The translations under genes and the position numbers were made by a program. Source: a virus. From it: 64,000 bases of DNA. The notes beneath the pieces were generated by a model. That model saw nothing but the letters and a program-made list of their open reading frames with translations, had not been told where the DNA came from and did not search any database. The stretch lies in IMG/VR virus record IMGVR_UViG_3300015371_000004, positions 51,950 through 115,949 of that record. The stretch is one strand, 5' to 3'. Shown here in pieces: positions 28,157-37,183 of this stretch (the first letter of the stretch is position 1; every line of letters begins with the position of its first letter).

Positions 28157-28782
28157 TTTCGCCTCCGCGCCGCCTTGGTCGGTGGTTTGGTCGCGTAGTC
28201 CGACAGGGTCTTCTTCCGGAACGCCTTCGCTTTCTTCGCGAGATTCCCGGCCGCGACCAGCTGCCGCCAGTGCGCCTCGACCTCCGGATGGGCATGGGTC
28301 TTCTCGGCCAAGAGCTTCTCGGCCTGCTCACCCAGCCACGGCTGCCATCCGAGGATCGCCTCCCGCAGCCGCTGCTGGAGGTTGAACTGGGGGTAGAGCG
28401 CATCCTCCCCCTTGAGGAGGATGAAGGGCCCCTTGATGCCCCGCGTCCGCCGGATGACGTCGAAGTCGGCGCAGCTGGCCTGAAACCCGGTCATGCCCAG
28501 CGTCCCGCAGACGTAGTTGAACGTCGCCGTCGCCGAGAGACTCGCCGCGTAGACGCACGTCCCATAGGTATGCGCCCCAGTCACCAGCCCCCGGATGTAG
28601 TCGCCCAGCTCGGCCTCGGTCTTCGGCCACGGCGCCGCCGCGTCCCGCATGGCCGCTTCGACGTGACCGGCCGCCTTGGCCTCCCGTTCGGCCTTCCGCT
28701 CGTCCTTCTGCAGCTGAGTCCTGATTTGCGTCTTGGCCGACGCCCCCCAGCTCTTTCGCTTCTTCTGTGCCTTCCGCCTCAT
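28153..28782 (-). CDS. hypothetical phage protein
   Basis: RBS; coupled ORF. Confidence 0.65.
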   Translation of the reverse strand: MRRKAQKKRKSWGASAKTQIRTQLQKDERKAEREAKAAGHVEAAMRDAAAPWPKTEAELGDYIRGLVTGAHTYGTCVYAASLSATATFNYVCGTLGMTGFQASCADFDVIRRTRGIKGPFILLKGEDALYPQFNLQQRLREAILGWQPWLGEQAEKLLAEKTHAHPEVEAHWRQLVAAGNLAKKAKAFRKKTLSDYATKPPTKAARRRK

Positions 28783-29120
28783 CCCTGCCTCCCCGGTGTC
28801 ACCTTCGTCGCCTGCCCGCTCCGGAGCAAGGCTTCCGTGATGTCCCCGTCTTGGACGCAGAGCTGCGCAGCCGTCAGCGTCACCACGTCCGGGACGTCGT
28901 AGACGAGAAACCGCAGCTGCCCCTCCTCAAACAGGAAATCCAGATCCTTGGCCAGCTCCGGGTCGGTCGGCTCCCACGCGCAGACGATGTACTTCGGCAG
29001 CCGCCCGAGGATCCGCTCATAGGCCACCCGGACCGCCTCGGTGAGGGCCTCAGCCGACCCGGCAGGCGCCTGCCCCTCAATCTCTCCGACCGAACACGTC
29101 CAACTGCGCCGATCCGTCAT
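28779..29120 (-). CDS. hypothetical protein
   Basis: GGAGG RBS downstream of GGGGTAACAC. Confidence 0.6.
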   Translation of the reverse strand: MTDRRSWTCSVGEIEGQAPAGSAEALTEAVRVAYERILGRLPKYIVCAWEPTDPELAKDLDFLFEEGQLRFLVYDVPDVVTLTAAQLCVQDGDITEALLRSGQATKVTPGRQG

Positions 29121-29179
29121 GACCCCTCCTGCCCCTCTACCGGCATCACGTCCCCCTTCTGCCAGAGTGTTACCCCAAC

Positions 29180-30390
29180 CAGAGGGTCTTCTCCCTGAGA
29201 GTCGTCTGCTTCAGCTCAGGGTCAGAGAATTCCCCGGAAAATTTCTCTACGGGGGACGGATCTGGGGAGGGGACTCATCATGCTCTGCGTTTAGCGCGAT
29301 CTGGCCCGGTCGATCGCGAGGACGACGCTCGGGTCAGCGGAGCGAAGACGCCACGGGCCTGCCGCGCCCACGCTCAGGCTGTAGCTCAGGCCAATTCAGA
29401 TGTGCAACAGGGTCAAACACTGAGTAGGGCAGGTGGCAGTCTGTGATCTGTGTGCGTATTGTGAGGATGTACCGGTACAGGGCCCCACGCCACAGGAGCA
29501 GCGCCTGCCTGCGGTAGGAGGGGCGGGTATGCCTCAGGGCCTCGGTGAGCTGCAGGTAGTCCTGCAGGGCCTTCTCCAGCCGAAATTCGGTCCGATACTT
29601 TTCAGAGCGCCAAATAGGCATACCGGGCAGGGTCGAGCATACCACCCCAGACAAGCCTCCTGATCACGTATCCAGAAAGTCAGCCTCCACTGTCAGGAAA
29701 TTTGTCTTTAGATTCAACAACTTACAGTCGATCTGGGGCGACGTCTGATAACAGGTCTTATGTTGAGTCGTCACAGGGGTTAACTCTTTTAGAATCAGTG
29801 AGTTAACTCTTTCGCTTTGCGGGCGAAACTGCATAGACGCGTGCATAGGGCAGGCTTACGTAGAAATTGTGGCGAGCTGGGCTCTGGGCTTTCGCCTAGA
29901 GCTGCGCTCGGTGTCGCCTCGGGGAAAACGTCCTCTCTCGATCAAAAGACTGAGCAATTCTGCTAATCCCAATACTGGGAATCAGGGGCACTTTCGCCTG
30001 TGTGTGCTTCCCACTTTGCCTGTGTGAGGGGGCTGGAGGGGTGTAGGGCCCCTAAAATGACCAGAATTGTCCTCAGCAGAGTACAGATCCGAGCTAGATC
30101 TCCCCCTATAGCAGCACTGATACTGACCTAGTAGAGCATGACTATGAATGAGGGAATGACTGCACTACTGAGGGGGATATGACTGAGGGAGGAGAGGGGA
30201 ATGAGGGGAGGCTCAGTAATAGGGGGCTGGTATATAGACCAGCTGATGAGGGGCCGGTTTTCTCAGGGGATTTTTGCTGAGGGTGTGGGTATATGAGGTT
30301 CAGAAGCGAAGAGAAGACGACACGGTCACGGGAACAAGTATTCGGGGGCTGGGAACAAGAATACGGGCCCGAGAAGGCCACGAAAAACGG
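29180..30390. other. compositionally atypical, largely non-coding island (candidate origin, terminus or packaging region)
   Basis: lower GC, visibly CpG-poor, clustered CTGAG/CTCAG, two IHF-like sites; only weak ORFs. Confidence 0.5.
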
Positions 30391-30391
30391 G

Positions 30392-30730
30392 TCAGAGACG
30401 GGGGTCTTTGAGATGCAGGGTGAGGACATTTCCCTCACACGAGAGCGTGAGATCGAGGGAGGTGTCATTGACCAGTTTGAGGCGGGGCATGTCTTCGAGG
30501 AGGGCAATCACCTCGGCAAGAGAGACGGACTCGTCAGCTGAGGCATAGAAGTCGATGCTGAAGGGGGGCGGCGTCTCGGGGACCGGGTGGAGGCCGGAGT
30601 GGCCCATGCTGAGAATGGGGGCGTCGAAGGGCAAGGACCGGGAGGCCTCGGCGTGTTGGCGTTCGAGGGCGTCCGAGCAGGCCCGGAGAATTCTGATGGC
30701 GCGCTGGCGCGGGGTCTCAGGGTCGGTCAT
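30392..30730 (-). CDS. hypothetical protein
   Basis: ORF in minus-strand operon. Confidence 0.5.
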   Translation of the reverse strand: MTDPETPRQRAIRILRACSDALERQHAEASRSLPFDAPILSMGHSGLHPVPETPPPFSIDFYASADESVSLAEVIALLEDMPRLKLVNDTSLDLTLSCEGNVLTLHLKDPRL

Positions 30731-30919
30731 GGGGTGGGAGGGTCAGCCAGCCGAGGAGCTGGAGGAGGCCGGAGACGACGAGCGTCAGGACGAGGAGCGG
30801 CCAGAAAAGAGCCAGCGCCCCGCGCATGTTCAGGGAATCGAGGGGCCGGGCGCAGAACCGGGCGACGAGGATCCCGAGGCCCACGTAGGCACCGACCGAG
30901 ACGGTCCACGCGAGAACGG

Positions 30920-31111
30920 TCATGGCTGGGCGGCCTGCTGGGTCATCCACGCGGTCACTTCCTCTTCGACCCAGCGGATGGTGCGAGCCGTCAGGTAGCG
31001 CCGACGCGGGAACGTCCCGGCCTGTTCGAGGCGGAGGATAGTCGACCGGCTCAGCGTCGTCAGGGCCGAGACCTCGTCGAGCCGGAGCATGCGGAGCGGG
31101 GCGTCCGTCAT
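30920..31111 (-). CDS. AlpA-family HTH regulator
   Basis: MLRLDEVSALTTLSRSTILRLEQAGTFPRR...RWVEEEV.AW. Confidence 0.85.
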   Translation of the reverse strand: MTDAPLRMLRLDEVSALTTLSRSTILRLEQAGTFPRRRYLTARTIRWVEEEVTAWMTQQAAQP

Positions 31112-31490
31112 GGACGGCGCCGGGGACCGGGGGCCGGGATGGGTGGAATCGGCTGGGCCTCGGCGAGGGCCTGCTGATAGGCCTGCTGGCTGAGCCGGGC
31201 GTTGAGCTGCCGCTGCTGAATCTCAAGGACGAGCAGGTCCTTGACGAAGGGCAGGAGTTCCTGCCGGGTATAGGTCAGACAGGCCGTCAGGGCCGTGAGC
31301 GCGTCTTCGAGCACGCCTTGGCCGCTCTCGGTGGTAGCTTGGGCAAGGGCCTGCTCGTATTTCTTGGGCATGGGGAATCTCCTTGAGGAATACGCCTTCG
31401 GGGGACGACGAGAGACAAACCGATGAGAAAGCCCTCGCCGCACCCTGCCACGGGCCACCTCCCTGCGGTGCCCCCGAAGTCGAGAGAGTA

Positions 31491-31721
31491 TTACCCCGAA
31501 TGCCGGTGGGGCGTCGAGACGACCCGCACGGTGCCCTGCGGCTGCCATTCGAGGACGGTGCCGCAGATGGTGCACTGCCAGCGCGCGCAGTCGCCATGGC
31601 CGTGCACCTCAAAGGTCGGGCTATGGGGGTAGAGCGTGCCTGCCGAGACGAGCGTCACACGCTCGACGCGGACCAGATCGGCATTGGCGCACATCGGACA
31701 GACCAGCGGTTCGTTGGCCAT
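31491..31721 (-). CDS. Zn-ribbon protein
   Basis: CPMC...CTIC. Confidence 0.55.
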   Translation of the reverse strand: MANEPLVCPMCANADLVRVERVTLVSAGTLYPHSPTFEVHGHGDCARWQCTICGTVLEWQPQGTVRVVSTPHRHSG

Positions 31722-32362
31722 CAGAGAATCTCCTGCCAGTTGACGTTGGGCGGCACGGGTTCATCGGGCTCGGCCCTGAGGAGCGTCAGACTCCACCAGC
31801 TGGCCTCGTCGGCCAGAAGCAGGCGCCCGGGGGCCGGGGCCGTGCGGGGATGGTCCTGCCGCAGATGGTCGCGCATCGCCTTGACAAGCAGCCCCGCGTC
31901 GGTCTCCCACGTGCTCTCGGTGAGCAGGCCGCAGTTCAGGCATTTGAGCCAGTACGCAGTCAGGTCTTCTTTGTGGACGCCTGGCGGGACGCTGAGGATC
32001 GGGCCCAGCTCGACGCCCACGGTGTCCGGCCAGCGCGCGAGTCGCTGGGGGAGGAGCAGCCCCAACGGATGGACCGCCCAGCCGTAGAGATACTGGTCGC
32101 TGGCGCTGGAAAATGCCCAGCTGTGCCCCGGGGACCCGGAGACCGGCCCCATGGCGACCGGGACAAACCCTCCGGCCGATGGACTGGAGCCCTGTGCCAC
32201 CCCGACACTCGGCCCTCGGCGCCCGATCCCCCCGACGTAGGGCGGGTAAAAACCGGAGTGTGCACGCGTCAGACACGCCACGCACACCAACTCCGTGTCG
32301 TCGAGGCGGATCGGGCTGAGCGCGACCGGCATCACCCGCTGGCAGGTGTGGCAGACGGGCAT
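31721..32362 (-). CDS. Zn-finger protein
   Basis: CHTC/CVAC and CLNC...HLRQDH. Confidence 0.6.
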   Translation of the reverse strand: MPVCHTCQRVMPVALSPIRLDDTELVCVACLTRAHSGFYPPYVGGIGRRGPSVGVAQGSSPSAGGFVPVAMGPVSGSPGHSWAFSSASDQYLYGWAVHPLGLLLPQRLARWPDTVGVELGPILSVPPGVHKEDLTAYWLKCLNCGLLTESTWETDAGLLVKAMRDHLRQDHPRTAPAPGRLLLADEASWWSLTLLRAEPDEPVPPNVNWQEIL

Positions 32363-32787
32363 CAGAGATTTCCCAAGAGGGCGGGCCAGTCAATCGAGGG
32401 CGGCGGCCCCTCATCCTCGACGAGGAAGACGCCCACGGCGCGCATCCACTGCGGGCGGATGTCAGTCCGGGCAAACACATGCGAGATGAAGTGCTGACCC
32501 GCCTCGCGCTCGATCACCTCGATGGACGTCTCTTCGGAGGACCGCGACTGCCAGCCACAGCCCACCTTAGGGCAGACCATCCAGTAGACGTAGCCCGAGG
32601 TCAGAAACCCGTGCGCTTTCTTGAGCAGGCTGGCCATGGTCGCGGGCGGGTCGCAGTTCATGACGACGTAGGCGCCGATGAGATTGGGGGGCGCGTCGGG
32701 CAGGCACGACGCGCAGATGAACGCATCGCCCAAGATCAAAGGCACGTCGCAGGTGCCCTTGCAGACCCCGCAGGTTTCGGTCGCCAT
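32362..32787 (-). CDS. Zn-finger protein
   Basis: CGVC/CASC and CPKVGC...HFISH. Confidence 0.6.
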   Translation of the reverse strand: MATETCGVCKGTCDVPLILGDAFICASCLPDAPPNLIGAYVVMNCDPPATMASLLKKAHGFLTSGYVYWMVCPKVGCGWQSRSSEETSIEVIEREAGQHFISHVFARTDIRPQWMRAVGVFLVEDEGPPPSIDWPALLGNL

Positions 32788-33554
32788 CAGAGCACGTCGT
32801 CGAAGTTGACCGCCGACGGCGGCGGGGGCGGATCTTCAGTGTGTGCGCGCAGCCGCTCGATCTCCCGGAGCATCGCGACCATGAGGCCCGGCAAGGAGAT
32901 CATGACCCGCTGGCCCGCGATTGTCAGCCCGAAGCTCATCTGATACAGCTGGGCGTCGTGCTGGACTTCCTGACAGACCAGTTCAAGTTCGGCGAGCGAC
33001 ACGGTGTCGAGCGGGAAGGCCATGGGCGTATAAATGGGCGCAGGCGGTGGCAGCCACCGGCTTTTGTCGAGCATATGAGCCCCGGACCGGAGCACGCGCC
33101 GGTTCCCGAAGGCTGTTTCGGTTGTGAGTGTGAAGTGGGCGACATCCACGACATCGGGCTGCGTCGGCGAGTGCACATAGGAGACCGGTGGAAAGTTCGA
33201 GACCTCTAGGGACGGTCGGCCGGAGGGCACCGTCATTTCCATCCACCAGCCGGTCATGTCGACGAGGATGACCCGCTCCCCGGCTTTCAGTGACCCGGTC
33301 GGGGTGGAGGCCGACGGGCACTTCGGGCAGAGGGGCATGAACTGGCCCCGTCGAAGGTCCAGCCGCCATGCCGGATACTGCGTGAGCAGGATCTGCAGGA
33401 GATCCTGCAGGGTGTACGGCTCGTCACGCTCGGCGAGGAGATACCGCACGCGGGTGCCGCAGCCCGCGCACTCGGCCGTCTGCGTCAGCATGGTCGGCAC
33501 GTGGGCAGGCTTACCGGCCACGGCACCGGGGACAGAGAATGCGCCCGCCGACAT
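32787..33554 (-). CDS. Zn-ribbon-containing hypothetical protein
   Basis: CAGC...CPKC. Confidence 0.55.
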   Translation of the reverse strand: MSAGAFSVPGAVAGKPAHVPTMLTQTAECAGCGTRVRYLLAERDEPYTLQDLLQILLTQYPAWRLDLRRGQFMPLCPKCPSASTPTGSLKAGERVILVDMTGWWMEMTVPSGRPSLEVSNFPPVSYVHSPTQPDVVDVAHFTLTTETAFGNRRVLRSGAHMLDKSRWLPPPAPIYTPMAFPLDTVSLAELELVCQEVQHDAQLYQMSFGLTIAGQRVMISLPGLMVAMLREIERLRAHTEDPPPPPSAVNFDDVL

Positions 33555-33674
33555 AGACCGGTGACCAGCCTGCGGCGATGGCGGCCTGTATGGTCGGAAC
33601 CTCAGTGCCGAGCGGCGTCGGTGGGGGCGGGACCTCGACCTTGAAGGTCTGGCGGAACCCGCAGCGCGTGCACT

Positions 33675-34229
33675 CTAGGGCTGAGGTGACGAATCGCTGC
33701 TTGGTGAGTCGATCGAGACGCATGCTGCCCCCACGAGTGGCCAGCCCTGATCCTTCGTCGACAGGATCCGCGGGCGGCCGGGCCACTGAATCCCGATGGC
33801 CGGATCGTCCCACCTCAGGCCCGCTTCGGCCTCCGGCCGGTACGCGCCGGTGACGGTGTAGACCACGATCGTCCCCTCGCGCATCACGAAGTAGCCGTGC
33901 GCGCACCCTGCGGGCACGGCCAGCGCCCACGGGGACTGATCGCTCAGGTAATACCCCACCCAGCGCCGGAAGGTGTCACCGGGCCTCAGGTCCACGATCA
34001 CATCAAAGATTTCGCCCTTGATCACGCTGATGAGCTTGGCCTGCTCGTACGGCGGCTGCTGGTAGTGCAGGCCGCGAAGCGTCCCGTAGTACGGATTCTC
34101 GACGACGTTGACCTGCGTGACGGGGCTGATGGGGCTGACGGTCGAGAGCGCGCCGCGCACGTCCCGGAACGCGAATTTCGGGACGAGTTGCACGCCGGGC
34201 AGGTCTTCGAGTGGCAGACCGGATGCCAT
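33675..34229 (-). CDS. rmlC: dTDP-4-dehydrorhamnose 3,5-epimerase family (cupin)
   Basis: FRDVRG, GTLRGLHYQ, QAKLISVIKGEIFDVIVDLR, VPAGCAHGY, WDDPAIGIQWP, LSTKD. Confidence 0.9.
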   Translation of the reverse strand: MASGLPLEDLPGVQLVPKFAFRDVRGALSTVSPISPVTQVNVVENPYYGTLRGLHYQQPPYEQAKLISVIKGEIFDVIVDLRPGDTFRRWVGYYLSDQSPWALAVPAGCAHGYFVMREGTIVVYTVTGAYRPEAEAGLRWDDPAIGIQWPGRPRILSTKDQGWPLVGAACVSIDSPSSDSSPQP

Positions 34230-34350
34230 TACGCGATGCGCTTGCGCAGGATCACCTGCCACTTCTGCGGGCCTTCCGACCATGCCGCGATGTAGACACT
34301 CCACCCATCGGCCTCCAGCTTCGCCAATTCAGTGGGGAGTTCCCCCGAGG

Positions 34351-34866
34351 TCAGTTTGCAGACTTTGTACTCGAACACGGGTCCTCCTCGGCCGCCTCGA
34401 ACATGGCCAACGCCGCCCGGTACCGCTTGGCGAGGGCTGCCGGGCAGCCGTCGCGCAGATTATCACGCAGGTCGGCGAGCTTGACCGCGCGCGCCAGCCC
34501 ATTTCTCGACGTGATGATGCGCAGGATGTACTTCAGGTAGGTCTCCTCGGGCTGCCGTGTGAGCACGACCACCGCATAGACCACCTCGGGCCAGAACAGG
34601 TCGGCCAGATGCTCGATCTGCGTGTCGGTGTCTTCGAGAATGTCGTGCAGCCACGCCACCCGCTCGGCCATGATCAGGTCCCGCCCGTGGAGGCCCGATT
34701 CGTTCCGGACGGCCAAGGCCACCCGCTCCACGTGGGCCAGCTTGGGCTGGCCCTGCTTGTCCTCGCCCCGCATGGTCATCCGGGCGAAAAGCTGCGCGTC
34801 CCCATACAGGGACGCGCCATACCCGCCGACGGTGGGTAACGATTTTGTCATTGATACGGTCTCCAT
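34351..34866 (-). CDS. HD-domain hydrolase (small alarmone hydrolase/Mesh1-like)
   Basis: HVERVA, AWLHDILEDT, LT...Y..YI, VKLADLRDN. Confidence 0.8.
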   Translation of the reverse strand: METVSMTKSLPTVGGYGASLYGDAQLFARMTMRGEDKQGQPKLAHVERVALAVRNESGLHGRDLIMAERVAWLHDILEDTDTQIEHLADLFWPEVVYAVVVLTRQPEETYLKYILRIITSRNGLARAVKLADLRDNLRDGCPAALAKRYRAALAMFEAAEEDPCSSTKSAN

Positions 34867-34884
34867 CAGATTCCTCCCATAGGG

Positions 34885-34933
34885 GTTATACCCCAACCCT
34901 GTGACCCAACCTGTCACGCGGCCGGGGTATAAC
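34885..34933. promoter_or_regulatory. back-to-back GGGGTATAAC elements at the strand switch
   Basis: GTTATACCCC at 34885-34894 (minus) and GGGGTATAAC at 34924-34933 (plus). Confidence 0.75.
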
Positions 34934-35002
34934 TCTCATGAAGGCAGGGATTGGACGACGGCAATCAGGCCGACCCGCTCCCTACCAGACAGGATGGTCC
35001 CA

Positions 35003-36124
35003 GTGAAGCAAGGTCGATCCCTCCAAGAGCTGGCCGCCGAACTCGAACGCCAGACGGTTACCCGCAAAGACTACATCGCGCCGCAGGGCAAGCTCGAAGC
35101 CGTGACGAACGGGGATGGAGCGCAGGTCACCATTCGCGGGCTGAACGGTGACGAGTACGGCGTCACCCCGCACGCCCACCGCCAGATCGCGGAAGTGCTG
35201 GGCATTCCCCAGCGCTACTACGACACGATGCTCGTCGAGCAGCCCCAGCTGCTGACCCAGAACATCAACACATGGCTCAAGGCCACCCCGGACGAGGGAC
35301 GCATGGTCCGCACCCTCGATGCCAAGGTCCGCGCCTTCATGAGCCCGAAGTACCGCCCGCTCGACAACTACCCGCTGGCCGGTGCGGTGCTGCCCAAGCT
35401 CATCGAGGTCGGCGCCGAGGTCCAGTCCTGCGAGCTGACCGCCACGCGCCTCTACATCAAGGCCACCCTCCCGGGACTCTCCGATGAGCTGCCCGAGGGC
35501 CTGCAGTGGGGCGTGGGCCACAACCGGGTCGAAGGCGGCAAGATTTGCGCCGCCGTCGTCATCGCCAACAGCGAAGTCGGCGCGGGCACGCTCCGGGTCG
35601 AGCCCTCGGTCTTCACGTCCAGCTGCACGAATCTCCTGATTCTCGTGGCCGCGGCGATGAAGAAGTATCACATCGGGCGCGCGTTCGATGCGCAGGAAGA
35701 CTTCAGCATCTACCGCGACGAGACCCGGGAGCAGGACGACAAGGCCTTCTTCATGAAGGTGCAGGACGTCGTCGAACGGGCCTTCAATCGGGAGGCCTTC
35801 AAGGCCGCAGCTGACGGGATCCGCAAGGCGGCCCTGACGCCGATTGCCAAGGACAAGGACGCGCTCAACCTGCCTGCCACGGTCGAGCAGACCGTGAAGG
35901 TGCTGGCCCTGCCTGAGCGGACCGGCTCGAACATCCTGACCCACTTGGCCGCGGGCGGCGACTTCAGCCTCTGGGGGCTGTCGAGCGCCATCACGCGGAC
36001 GGCCAACGATGCGGCCGATTACGAGGAGGCCACCGCGCTCGAACGGGCCGGGGGTCGCGTGCTCGCGCTGCCGGAGAGGGACTGGAATGCCATTCTTACC
36101 GCTGGCGATAAAGCCGCCGCGTAA
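35003..36124 (+). CDS. DUF932-family protein
   Basis: KQGRSLQELAAEL, IPQRYYD, RAFMSPKYRPLDN, IANSEVGAG, CTNL, LERAGG; start may be ATG 34994. Confidence 0.75.
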   Translation: MKQGRSLQELAAELERQTVTRKDYIAPQGKLEAVTNGDGAQVTIRGLNGDEYGVTPHAHRQIAEVLGIPQRYYDTMLVEQPQLLTQNINTWLKATPDEGRMVRTLDAKVRAFMSPKYRPLDNYPLAGAVLPKLIEVGAEVQSCELTATRLYIKATLPGLSDELPEGLQWGVGHNRVEGGKICAAVVIANSEVGAGTLRVEPSVFTSSCTNLLILVAAAMKKYHIGRAFDAQEDFSIYRDETREQDDKAFFMKVQDVVERAFNREAFKAAADGIRKAALTPIAKDKDALNLPATVEQTVKVLALPERTGSNILTHLAAGGDFSLWGLSSAITRTANDAADYEEATALERAGGRVLALPERDWNAILTAGDKAAA

Positions 36125-36323
36125 GCGGGCGACACGTCACACGCAACCGAGGGGCCCTGCCCCTCGGTTGGTCCGTCGAGTGTGGCTGGGCACGAAGCAG
36201 CATCAGGACTGGGCCCCCTGCCCACGGTGCAGGGCTCTCACCCCATGGATCCTCGGCGCACGGGGCAGCCACTGGGTCCGATGGTGTAACGCTTGTCAGA
36301 TTTCCTTTTGAAGGGAGCCGAGT

Positions 36324-36521
36324 ATGGTGGACCTCGACACGCAGTTTCAGGCGCCGACCGAGCAGCAAGTCATTCGGATGAAAGTCATCCAAGGCGCCGC
36401 GAAGGCACTGGCGATGGCGATCATCAACAACGCTCCTGCAGGCGAAGGGCAAGTGGACGCCCTCAAGAAAGTCCGCGAGGCGATGATGGCCGCGAACATC
36501 TTGATCGTCTTGGAAAAGTAG
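36324..36521 (+). CDS. Acb2/Tad1-like helical-hairpin protein (candidate signalling-nucleotide sponge)
   Basis: F.AP...Q..RM..I..AAK.LA..I..NAP.G...AL.K.REAMM.AN pattern. Confidence 0.55.
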   Translation: MVDLDTQFQAPTEQQVIRMKVIQGAAKALAMAIINNAPAGEGQVDALKKVREAMMAANILIVLEK

Positions 36522-37183
36522 GGAGGATCCCATGTGTAAATGCGGATGCAACGTCGGGGATTGCTCATGCGACACGGGCGCGTACGCCTTTTTCCGGTGG
36601 GTGCAGGAGGAGTTTGCGGAGTGGGCCGCGAACCTGATCTTCTGGCACTGGCGCTGAGGGAAGCCATGGCTCGCGTACAGATTCACGTCGTCGATCGCTA
36701 TGCCAACGGGGCTGCCATCAATCGGGCCTACGATCAGGCCGCCACCGACTTTCAGCAGCGCGGTGGCGCCCATGTGACCCTCGATGAAGGCCTCATGACC
36801 GTGCGGGTCACGATCACCCCGGATATTGGCGACTGGGCGGCTATCCACCCTGATCGCAAAGGGGACTGGCCCACGATGCTTCGATGACCGCGCCACCCAA
36901 GCCGACGCCACCTCCGCTCCGAGAGCAGGCGGACTTCACAGTCAGCACGATCATCGGGCTCTGGTTCATCGTGGTCCTCTTAATCGTCGTCGGCGTCACC
37001 GTGGGTGCGCTGATCTGGCCGCGACCCGGGGTATAACCCTCCGCACGCCATGAATGTTCCGGTCAAGCGGTTACTTCGACGTAACTACAGGTGGCGTGTC
37101 AGGCACTACCAGTTCGTGGAAATGGGCCTGCTTTGGGCGTTTCTATCTAGCCTGATGGTGCTCGCATATTTTCTCGATGGCCG

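Noticed and set aside
29334-29654. ORF in the atypical island
   Set aside because: Atypical codon usage and no recognisable motif; could be real but is not supportable
30920-31111. AlpA as evidence of an integrated satellite or prophage boundary
   Set aside because: No integrase, att site or host genes nearby
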